From positions 1 to 31,938 of the forward strand of contig CAZJEY010000001.1 of the NCBI GenBank assembly GCA_964545135.1: 31,938 nucleotides of DNA, given 5' to 3'. Each line of letters begins with the position of its first letter. Positions within the stretch are counted from its first letter, which is position 1. Below are positions 8,228-16,170 of this stretch, in pieces. A program made the position numbers and the translations under genes. Under the pieces are notes generated by a model, which saw nothing but the letters and a program-made list of their open reading frames with translations, did not search any database and was not told the origin of the DNA. Source of the stretch: an uncultured Mycoplasma sp. GTDB taxonomy: Bacteria; Bacillota_I; Bacilli_A; RF39; UBA660.

Positions 8228-9583
8228 ATGATAAAATATGAGACTAATTCAAAATTAGTTAAACCTGGGCAAATATTTGTTGCTATTTGTGGTCATACTG
8301 TCGATGGACATGATTATATTGATGAAGCAATTAAAAATGGTGCAGAAAGTTTAGTAGTAATGCATGAGGTTAATAGTAGTATACCTTATAAAATAGTAGA
8401 TGATACAGAAAAATTCTTAATAGAAGAAATACCAAAATTATATAAGGAAGAGTTAAAAAAATTGAAAATAATTGGTATAACTGGTACTAATGGTAAAACT
8501 ACTAGTGCGTATTTAACTTATCAAATGTTATTAAAATTAGGTAAAAAAGCAAGTTATTTAGGCACAATTGGTTATTTTACTAAAGATAAAGAAATTACTT
8601 TAAATAATACAACTCCTGATATTATAACACTTTATAAGTTATTACTAGACGCAATTAATGACAATATTGAATATTTCGTTATGGAAGTTAGCAGTCATTC
8701 TATTTCTTTAAAAAGAATCGAAGGATTAAAATTTGAGGTTTGTGCCTTTACAAATTTAACACAAGATCATCTCGATTTTTATAAAACAATAGATAATTAT
8801 TTAAAAGCTAAACTTAAAATATTAGATTATCTTGATGAGGATAAATATATTTTATTAAATAGTGATGATGAAAATAGTAAATTTTTTATGAATCATTTAT
8901 GCAAAACTTACGGAATAAATGGTGACTACAAAATAATTAATTATATAAGTCATCCTGATAAAACTGAAATCACATTTAGTTATGATAATAAAACTTATAA
9001 TGTTATAACTAATTTGACAAGTAAATTTAATGTTTATAATTACTTAACAATGTTAAGTATACTTAACTCAATAGGCTTTAGCATAGATAATATCTTGGAA
9101 AATACAAAGGATATATATCCTCCAAAAGGTAGATGTGAAACTTATAAAGTAAAAAATGGGTATGCTGTTATCGATTATGCTCATACTCCTGATGCTGTGT
9201 TAAAAGTAATATCTGCTTATAACGAACTTAAGAAAAACCGAGTAATTACTATAGTTGGCTGTGGAGGAGATAGAGATCCTAAAAAAAGGCCAATTATGGG
9301 GAATATTGCAACAAATAATAGTGATTTTGTAATATTTACAAGTGATAATCCCCGTACTGAAGATCCTTTAGCAATTTTAAATGACATTACTAAAGACAAC
9401 CACGCCAAAAATTATATAGTAATTCCCGATCGCAAAGAAGCAATATTAAAAGGAATTGAGTTAATGGAAAAAGACGATATATTGCTAATTCTGGGTAAAG
9501 GCCATGAAAATTATCAAATCATTGGCCATGAAAAAATACATTTTGATGATGCTGAAATAGTAAAAAGTGTTGAAAACAATTAA
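8228..9583 (+). CDS. murE: UDP-N-acetylmuramoyl-tripeptide synthetase, meso-DAP type
   Basis: GITGTNGKTT, MEVSSH, FTNLTQDHLDF, DYAHTPDA, GCGGDRD, DNPR specificity motif, GKGHE. GGAGG RBS favours ATG 8228. Confidence 0.95.
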   Translation: MIKYETNSKLVKPGQIFVAICGHTVDGHDYIDEAIKNGAESLVVMHEVNSSIPYKIVDDTEKFLIEEIPKLYKEELKKLKIIGITGTNGKTTSAYLTYQMLLKLGKKASYLGTIGYFTKDKEITLNNTTPDIITLYKLLLDAINDNIEYFVMEVSSHSISLKRIEGLKFEVCAFTNLTQDHLDFYKTIDNYLKAKLKILDYLDEDKYILLNSDDENSKFFMNHLCKTYGINGDYKIINYISHPDKTEITFSYDNKTYNVITNLTSKFNVYNYLTMLSILNSIGFSIDNILENTKDIYPPKGRCETYKVKNGYAVIDYAHTPDAVLKVISAYNELKKNRVITIVGCGGDRDPKKRPIMGNIATNNSDFVIFTSDNPRTEDPLAILNDITKDNHAKNYIVIPDRKEAILKGIELMEKDDILLILGKGHENYQIIGHEKIHFDDAEIVKSVENN

Positions 9584-9600
9584 GTTATCAACACTTTTTT
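9562..9600. terminator. Bidirectional intrinsic terminator spanning the murE stop
   Basis: aaaaagtgttga...tcaacacttttt stem with an A-run and a T-run, between convergent murE and plsC. Confidence 0.8.
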
Positions 9601-9608
9601 AAACATAA

Positions 9609-9688
9609 GTGATAAAGCGATAAAAAGAAAACAATAACATAATATAGATCAGTATATCTTAATAGTAAAATGAAAATCGCTTTATCAC
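9609..9688. repeat. Perfect 13-bp inverted repeat flanking a 54-bp spacer
   Basis: gtgataaagcgat (9609-9621) and atcgctttatcac (9676-9688). Confidence 0.9.
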
Positions 9689-9718
9689 AATTATTATATA
9701 AAATTTTATTATAAATTA

Positions 9719-10324
9719 CTAGTTTTTTTGAAGATTATTTACAATCATTTGTCGAACAATATCTTCTAAATATTTATTTGCTGTAATTAAATCCATATTA
9801 GAAACATCAATTGGTTTACCAATAATTAATTTAGGATTACTTCTAAATTTATATTCACCTATTATGGCAAAAGGAATGATTTTTTTATGAGATTTGATAG
9901 CAAAATCTACTGCGCCTTTTTTAAATGGTAAAAGAATGTCATCTTTATGATACGTTCCTTCTGGAAAAATACATACTATTTTATCTTCTTTTAATAGTTT
10001 AATTGCTTCTTTTTTAGCCTCAGGATTCTTTTTACTACGATCTACTGGTATTAAGTGCATAGTGCTAAAAAACCATCTAGTAATAAAATTAGAAAACAAT
10101 TCTTTTTTAGCAATAAAATGAAGTGGCCTTTTAGTTGCATTACACAATAAATACGGATCGTAATTACCTACATGATTACCAGCAAAAACAAAACCTTCTT
10201 TTTCTAAAATATTATCTTTACCTATTATTTTACCACCAAATATTAGATAACCTATAGGAATAATAATAGATAGAAAAAAATGATAACCGAAATAACTACT
10301 TTTCTTTCTTTTTTCTTTTTTCAT
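9719..10324 (-). CDS. plsC: 1-acyl-sn-glycerol-3-phosphate acyltransferase (PlsC family)
   Basis: NHVGNYD (NHxxxxD), FIAKKELF, PVDR, IFPEGT, FKKGA; N-terminal hydrophobic segment. Confidence 0.88.
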   Translation of the reverse strand: MKKEKRKKSSYFGYHFFLSIIIPIGYLIFGGKIIGKDNILEKEGFVFAGNHVGNYDPYLLCNATKRPLHFIAKKELFSNFITRWFFSTMHLIPVDRSKKNPEAKKEAIKLLKEDKIVCIFPEGTYHKDDILLPFKKGAVDFAIKSHKKIIPFAIIGEYKFRSNPKLIIGKPIDVSNMDLITANKYLEDIVRQMIVNNLQKN

Positions 10325-12035
10325 TCTCTTCTTCTTCTAATTTTTTAAATGCGACTTTTCCTACTAAAGTGGTTGGCAATTTTTCCTTATATTCATATTC
10401 TTGTGGAATAGCATAGTAACTTATATTTTTATTACATAGTTCTTGTATCTCTTTTTTTATGTCTCCATTTAATTCAATGCCATCTTCAAGAACTATAAAA
10501 GCTTTAGCAACTTGTCCTTTGTAAGGATGGGGAATACCAATTACGGTACATGCAGATACTTTTGGATGACTCATTATAACGTTTTCAATATGCGATGGAT
10601 AAATATTATAACCACTGGAAATAATAATTCTTTTTAATCTTTGTTTAAAATAAATTAAACCATTTTTATCCATACAACCGACGTCACCTGTATGTAACCA
10701 AACTTTACCATCTTCATGAAATCTTAAAGCTTGATTTGTTTCAACTGGATCATTTAAATATTTTAACATTACTGTTGGTCCACTAATACAAATTTCGCCA
10801 TCTTTACCAATTGGCACTTCTTTATGAGTACCATTTTCTACAAGCTTGAAATACATATCGGGAAGAGGATAACCTATACTTCCTTCCTTATAACCATCTA
10901 TTGGGGATAGACATGTTGCTCCAGTTGCCTCTGTTAAACCATAACCTGGTCTTACTTTGGCTCTAGAACCATGTTCTCGTAAATAATTATCTATTTCTTT
11001 TTTTTGATTTTCAGATAGGAAATCTCCGCCACTTATAACAGCTTCTACACATTCGAGCTCATTTGTTTTTAATTTCTGCTTTAATAGCGCTTCAAATAGC
11101 GTTGGAACCCCAACAATAAAGTTTGGCTTATATCGTCTAATTAAGTCTCCAAATTCTTTAGCTTTAAATTGCGGTATTAAAGTACATTTCATCCCAAAAG
11201 TTAAAGGTGTATGAATACATACTGCTAAGCCAAAACCATGAAATATTGGCAAAATTGATAAAACACTATTCCCAGGCACTACTTCTTTTATCATTTCTTT
11301 AGCTTGATAAGCAAGAGCATTAAAATTTAAATTTGATAAAAGTATCGCTTTAGGTTTTCCAGTTGTTCCACCACTATATAAAATAACTGCTGGATCGTAA
11401 GCATTTCTTGGTTCATGACATACTCCTACAAAGTTTTTAGCACTATTAATAAAAGTAGTCCATAAAACGATGTCATCATCATCTTTAGGTATAGCAAATT
11501 TACGCATGTTTCCAATTTTGTATAATGTCTTTTTAACATATGGTAATGATTCACCTGCAGAAGCCACTAAAATTTTTTGCAACTTTGTATTTCTTTTAAT
11601 ATTAATTATTTTTTCTAAGGCAACATCAATTACTAAAATAAATTTCGCATCTGCTTGATTTATATAATTTTCAATTTCTTTTTCGCCTGACATAGGATGA
11701 ATCATTGTTGCTATAGCACCAATTAAGTTTGTAGCATAAACCATAATTACTCCTTCAGGAGTATTAGGCATACAAATACATACTTTATCATCCTTAGAAA
11801 CGCCATAATTTTTTAAAGCTTTAGCTGCATTTTCAATTTCTTTTACAAAATTTCGATATGTAACTTTATTACCAAAATATTCATAAGCATAATACTCAGG
11901 ATATTTTCTTGCTGTTTCCATTATTACATCAGAAATACTATTATTTGGATATTCTAAATTAGCTCTCGCATCTTGATAATTTTTTAACCATGGTCTTAAT
12001 TCGTTATCTTTTTTAATCATTTTTGATTTTTTCAT
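10296..12035 (-). CDS. Long-chain acyl-CoA synthetase-like AMP-binding enzyme
   Basis: YSGGTTGKPK, PIFHGFG, GYGLTE, WLHTGD, R.KRIIISSGYNIYP, LPTTLVGKV; GGAGG RBS. Confidence 0.9.
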   Translation of the reverse strand: MKKSKMIKKDNELRPWLKNYQDARANLEYPNNSISDVIMETARKYPEYYAYEYFGNKVTYRNFVKEIENAAKALKNYGVSKDDKVCICMPNTPEGVIMVYATNLIGAIATMIHPMSGEKEIENYINQADAKFILVIDVALEKIINIKRNTKLQKILVASAGESLPYVKKTLYKIGNMRKFAIPKDDDDIVLWTTFINSAKNFVGVCHEPRNAYDPAVILYSGGTTGKPKAILLSNLNFNALAYQAKEMIKEVVPGNSVLSILPIFHGFGLAVCIHTPLTFGMKCTLIPQFKAKEFGDLIRRYKPNFIVGVPTLFEALLKQKLKTNELECVEAVISGGDFLSENQKKEIDNYLREHGSRAKVRPGYGLTEATGATCLSPIDGYKEGSIGYPLPDMYFKLVENGTHKEVPIGKDGEICISGPTVMLKYLNDPVETNQALRFHEDGKVWLHTGDVGCMDKNGLIYFKQRLKRIIISSGYNIYPSHIENVIMSHPKVSACTVIGIPHPYKGQVAKAFIVLEDGIELNGDIKKEIQELCNKNISYYAIPQEYEYKEKLPTTLVGKVAFKKLEEEENEKRKKKEK

Positions 12036-12888
12036 TTACTCTTTCCTCCAATAATTTTGGATCATTCAAGATTTTTTCAATCAAATGGACAGATTTAATC
12101 AAGTAAAAACCATCAGCTATTCTTTCATCAATTGTAATTCCAAATTCACAGAAATATTTTTCAGTTTTCTTACCATTTTCATCAAAGACGTATTCTTTTT
12201 TTACCTCTCCCATTGTAACAAGACCAGAGCAAGTTCCAAAATCAGTTATATTATGATAAATTCCCCCAACTTTCAAAACGCCAAGATTAGATACAATTAT
12301 ACTACTATAATAAATATTATCTTTAACTAAACCAGCTGGTAAAATTCCTTTTTTATCACACCATTTAAATATTCCAACTATAGGAACCCTCAAAATATTT
12401 GGCAGTTTTCCTAGAATATCAATAGCGCTATTCGCTCCTTCTTTAACATTTTTCTTATTTCTAATTTCTTCAACTTTGTTTTTTATTTTATTTGAAACAT
12501 CCTTTAAAGTATCACTTTCTTTAATTGGAACAATTACCATAACTTCTTCTGAAGAATCAATAAATTCTACTTTAGCCACAAAAGAAATAATAATTTCATT
12601 ATGTTCATAAACATGTCTATTTGCCACAAATCTATTTAATAATGGTCGATTATAAATAGTTTTGGCAATAGCCATCACAAACATATGAAATAGTGTAATA
12701 TTATCATTTGGATTTTTCTTCTTATAATTTTCATAATATTCCATCAAATTGGTAACATCAATTTTTTGATTTACATATACTTCTCCCAAATTTCTGTTGG
12801 GTTTTAAATCAATCATAATTTGATTCATACTTTGAACATCTCGTACTCTTTTGGCATCTTTACGATCGCCGAATTTTCTTTTTTCCAT
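12013..12888 (-). CDS. Stand-alone 2-oxo-acid dehydrogenase E2-like (CAT-fold) acyltransferase catalytic domain, without a lipoyl domain
   Basis: KIDVTNL, AIAKTIYNRPLLN, IVSNLG, TMG, and TIDERIADG in place of the canonical DHRxxDG; only 291 aa. Confidence 0.8.
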   Translation of the reverse strand: MEKRKFGDRKDAKRVRDVQSMNQIMIDLKPNRNLGEVYVNQKIDVTNLMEYYENYKKKNPNDNITLFHMFVMAIAKTIYNRPLLNRFVANRHVYEHNEIIISFVAKVEFIDSSEEVMVIVPIKESDTLKDVSNKIKNKVEEIRNKKNVKEGANSAIDILGKLPNILRVPIVGIFKWCDKKGILPAGLVKDNIYYSSIIVSNLGVLKVGGIYHNITDFGTCSGLVTMGEVKKEYVFDENGKKTEKYFCEFGITIDERIADGFYLIKSVHLIEKILNDPKLLEERVNEKIKND

Positions 12889-12906
12889 ATTTAACCTCTT
12901 AGATAA

Positions 12907-12935
12907 ATTTTATCATAATTAACAATAATCTACAA
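12907..12935 (-). promoter_or_regulatory. SigmaA-type promoter of the acyltransferase operon
   Basis: TTGTAG (12930-12935), 17 bp, TGa-TAAAAT (12907-12912); AGAGG RBS at 12895-12899. Confidence 0.5.
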
Positions 12936-12985
12936 TATTATAGCAATTATGCGTATATTTTTTTCAAAAAATTAATATAAAATTA

Positions 12986-13013
12986 TTGAAAACAGAAAAA
13001 AATATGTTATAAT
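12986..13013 (+). promoter_or_regulatory. SigmaA promoter of tRNA-Gly
   Basis: TTGAAA (12986-12991), 16 bp, TGt-TATAAT (13008-13013). Confidence 0.7.
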
Positions 13014-13033
13014 TAAATACGTAGCAGGAAATT

Positions 13034-13107
13034 GCAGGTGTAGTTTAATGGTAGAATAAGAGCCTTCCAAGCTCCTGACGTGAGTTCGATTCTCATCACC
13101 TGCTCCA
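13034..13107 (+). tRNA. tRNA-Gly(TCC) with encoded CCA
   Basis: Cloverleaf: acceptor GCAGGTG/CACCTGC, D-arm GTTT-AATGGTA-GAAT, anticodon loop CT-TCC-AA, T-arm GTGAG-TTCGATT-CTCAT, 3' T-CCA. Confidence 0.97.
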
Positions 13108-13118
13108 ATGAGGTTAAT

Positions 13119-13152
13119 ACTCGCACACTTATATAGTGATTGCGAGTTTTTC
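13119..13152 (+). terminator. Intrinsic terminator after tRNA-Gly
   Basis: actcgca-cact-tatat-agtg-at-tgcgagt followed by a T-run. Confidence 0.8.
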
Positions 13153-13188
13153 ATTTGTATAAAAAAGTTCGTATATTTAATATGATAG

Positions 13189-13617
13189 GTTCTTCTGCAG
13201 GAGCAATTATTGACAATAGCAATTCGCAAGAAAAGCAGAAAATAATATAAAAGAATTACTTATTTCTTTGTTAATGTTTATATTTATTACAAAGGCACTA
13301 ATACAACAATGCATGAATATTTAACATATTTAGTTGCTTTAGTTGCATTTTAGTCTATTAGCTCTGCAATATATGGAATAGTTAAATATAAAAGAAATCA
13401 TACTCCAATATTAAAAGCAGTAAAATTAACAAATTTTGCCAATGCTTTAACTTCAATAATGTTCACACAAATAGTATTATTAGATGCTTATGCGAATACA
13501 GAAATTTATAATTCAAATTTAATAAATGGTTTAACAAGTATGGGTATAGGAATAATAATTATTATATTAGGTTTGTATATGATAATTGGTATAAATAAAA
13601 TACGAAAGATAGATTAA
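13189..13617 (+). pseudogene. Degraded multi-pass membrane protein gene
   Basis: One frame reads ...KGTNTTMHEYLTYLVALVAF*SISSAIYGIVKYKRNHTPILKAVKLTNFANALTSIMFTQIVLL...IGIIIIILGLYMIIGINKIRKID* with in-frame stops at 13243-13245 (TAA) and 13351-13353 (TAG) and no usable 5' start; a terminator hairpin follows. Confidence 0.7.
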
Positions 13618-13761
13618 TTTTAAGTCTATCTTTTTTACAAATTACAATTTATACAATAAATCATATTGCGTAAATTAAGACAAATGGTGTGATAAATACA
13701 TCAAAGACAAATGAATTTGTTTATCAAAAATGTGCATTACCTTAAGTAATGGCTAAAATTG

Positions 13762-13801
13762 AAAATAACTTACAAACTTTATATAGCTTGTAAGTTATTT
13801 T
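13762..13801. terminator. Perfect 14-bp hairpin (bidirectional terminator-like)
   Basis: aaaataacttacaa / ttgtaagttatttt with a 12-nt loop. Confidence 0.6.
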
Positions 13802-14060
13802 TGGTATTTATTTCAAAGAAAAAGATATATTTACATTTGTCAGATGCTGATGGAATATTTGGATAAAATTATCTTCATCTAAAGTTAATCTTTCTTATAT
13901 CAATGAATATCTTTGTCTTTGTAGTTTTCTAACACTCTATTTAGAATTAATTGTTTCTTCTTGAGTCTAGGTTTACTATAAAACCTTAAAAATTGATATA
14001 CTCCCATTATTTTTTAATTAAAAACGTGAATCTTATTGTTGAATATTCTGCAATATATTC

Positions 14061-14083
14061 CAAAAATACGAAATCGTTCGTAC
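14061..14083 (-). terminator. Terminator after the small acidic ORF
   Basis: Minus strand GTACGAA-CGAT-TTCGTAT-TTTT directly at the stop codon. Confidence 0.7.
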
Positions 14084-14349
14084 TATAGTTTTTTGCCATT
14101 ACCCTTAATATTAATAAAATCTTCGATTTCATCCCTTGTAATTGCACCATTATAATCTGAAATACTTTGAGCTAAATCTAGAGCTTTATCAGATATGTAT
14201 GGAATTGTTTTTAATTCACGACTTATATCAATGCCTAATGCTAATTGTTCTTCTACAGTAAAAACTCTTATAAAGTTTTCACTTTCTATGCTTTCGACTA
14301 TTGCCCCAATAACAGCTTGCAAATCTTCTTCACTTATTCTATTTTCCAT
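14083..14349 (-). CDS. Small acidic helical hypothetical protein, candidate antitoxin or partner
   Basis: AGGGTGA RBS then ATG 14349 (88 aa), just downstream of the previous stop; D/E-rich. Confidence 0.7.
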   Translation of the reverse strand: MENRISEEDLQAVIGAIVESIESENFIRVFTVEEQLALGIDISRELKTIPYISDKALDLAQSISDYNGAITRDEIEDFINIKGNGKKL

Positions 14350-14363
14350 CTTTATCACCCTTA

Positions 14364-15833
14364 TTATATTTTTCTTCCATTTATAGTTGAAATTTCTGTA
14401 CTAATACCGACTGAATTAATATCAAACAAATCTCTCCATTTTTGTAGAGATCTTAACAACTCATTATTTTTTCCAACTCTAATATTTTCCGATTTTGCTG
14501 TAAAAATTGAATTAGGCACAATATTTCCATTATTATCATATATAAATTTTCTAAAAATAAAATCCTTTTTTTGTTTTTGCGTTTTTAATAAATCATTTAA
14601 TACAGAACTTGCTGTATTCCTAGAATTTAATCCAGCTTTATAATTTGTTGATGCTACTGTCATATAATTCCCATCTGAAAGCATAGCTAAACAAAAACAT
14701 GTTTTAAAGAAATCTCCTCGCATAAAAGAAGAAGTTTTAATGACTATTTTTTCCCATGGTAATATTTCATAAAATTTACCATTTTCTTCATACAAACCAC
14801 CTAAATTTATAATTCTATCTCTATTAACCATTATTGCCTCAAATACTTCTAATGCAGAAGCATTAGGTTTTAAAGGAACTAAATTACCATTCATATCAAC
14901 TGTTCCCAAAATTTTTCTTGCTGTTTCATTTGTTATAATATTAGCTGGTTGAATTCCAAGTAAATGAGGAATATTATATTTTGTTAAATAATACTTAAAA
15001 GAAAAAGTACTTCCATCGGATAAGCGTGCGGTGTTGTCAATAACTTTGGAACCATCAGTATATATTTTTCTGTAAGTATCCCAACACAATGATAGGTTTT
15101 CATATAAAATTTCCATTAATTTTTTCATAATCTTATGTTTATCAGAATCCGAACTAAAATTAACTCCTAAAGGAAAGTCTTGCAATTCGATATCTTTTAA
15201 TTCGCGTGTTTTACCAGAATGAACATCTACTATTTGTTTACTATTATGTGTATGTTTATCTATGTCTGTTGTTGCAGTAAACGTATATTGACCATTATTT
15301 TCTCTTAAATATAGGTTATTTCCTTTAACATCTTTTCTATAAAATCCCTCTTCTCTTTGAATGTTTTTTCCACTTGATGCCTCAATCAAATTAATTAAAG
15401 ATATATCATCAAAATAAAATCTTTTATTCAATCTATTACTTAAATATTCTAAATACTCAAATATTTCAATTTGAAAATTCCTTGGTATCCCATTACTTAA
15501 ACAGTATTTTTCTAATTGAAGCAATATTTTTTCTTGTTCGAAATGAGTTAATGCCATATCTATTGAACAATTAAATAAATCACTAGAAAAATTTATAATA
15601 AATTGCTTTTTTAAATTTTCATAACAATCAATAAATTCTTTATATGCCAACTTAATATATCTTAATTTTTCTAAATCATCTGCAAATATAGAACTCATAA
15701 TATTAAAATTATTATTAAATTCATCAAAATTACTCATTATTATTCTTTTTGAACTTTCAGATTGGATCTCATCTAAACCAATAACTTCTAAAAATATACT
15801 TTTTTTCATTTCATCTACTATATTTTCACTCAT
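14364..15833 (-). CDS. Hypothetical protein with a C-terminal PBECR4-like (barnase/EndoU/colicin/RelE-fold) nuclease domain
   Basis: GGTGG RBS then ATG 15833 and an extended -10 upstream; motifs W.TY..IY, YNIPHLLGI, WEKIVIK and IVPNSIF resemble PBECR4 (Y...F...NF.HLLG...K...P.S). The ORF is confident, the domain call is moderate. Confidence 0.55.
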   Translation of the reverse strand: MSENIVDEMKKSIFLEVIGLDEIQSESSKRIIMSNFDEFNNNFNIMSSIFADDLEKLRYIKLAYKEFIDCYENLKKQFIINFSSDLFNCSIDMALTHFEQEKILLQLEKYCLSNGIPRNFQIEIFEYLEYLSNRLNKRFYFDDISLINLIEASSGKNIQREEGFYRKDVKGNNLYLRENNGQYTFTATTDIDKHTHNSKQIVDVHSGKTRELKDIELQDFPLGVNFSSDSDKHKIMKKLMEILYENLSLCWDTYRKIYTDGSKVIDNTARLSDGSTFSFKYYLTKYNIPHLLGIQPANIITNETARKILGTVDMNGNLVPLKPNASALEVFEAIMVNRDRIINLGGLYEENGKFYEILPWEKIVIKTSSFMRGDFFKTCFCLAMLSDGNYMTVASTNYKAGLNSRNTASSVLNDLLKTQKQKKDFIFRKFIYDNNGNIVPNSIFTAKSENIRVGKNNELLRSLQKWRDLFDINSVGISTEISTINGRKI

Positions 15834-16170
15834 CAGTACCACCATCTTTTATATTTACTTTCTAATAAAATTATACCAAATTTCTAACAAAAAGTCTTAA
15901 ATATTATAAAAAATTCCTCTTATAAATATTTCATCAAAAAATAGGTATAATAGTTTTCTTTTTTATACGAAAAATATGGTATAAATACTATATCACTATA
16001 TCATGATTTTCAGTATTATTATAGCTAAATAACTTTTAACAAAACAGAAATAATTGCTCTAAATACTTGTAAAAAAAATTGAATTATTGTCTTCTCAACT
16101 AATATATTTTTTTATCTAAAAGCACTAATATAATAAATTAAAAGAAAAACATGCTTGCTTTGAAAACAAA

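Noticed and set aside
9629-9656. dif-like site (minus strand ...TCTATA-TTATGTTATTG)
   Set aside because: Only the XerD-type half resembles dif. Gene orientation does not switch here as expected at a terminus.
9609-9688. Invertible promoter or IS end interpretation of the 13-bp IR
   Set aside because: It lies between two converging 3' ends, with no recombinase or transposase nearby and no flanking target duplication.
13034-13107. Non-proteinogenic (cell-wall) tRNA-Gly
   Set aside because: The D-loop GG and TTC are intact. The only oddity is an A27:C43 mismatch, and murE is the DAP type.
12972-13229. 85-aa minus-strand ORF
   Set aside because: It is the antisense reading of tRNA-Gly, its promoter and its terminator.
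13830-14020. Short frames (LHLSDADGIF on plus; a 35-aa MGVYQF... ORF on minus)
   Set aside because: No RBS, too short and interrupted to assign; treated as decayed DNA.
14067-14082. Palindrome TACGAAATCGTTCGTA as a LexA box
   Set aside because: The spacing is wrong for GAAC-N4-GTTC, and its position at a stop codon with a U-run fits a terminator.
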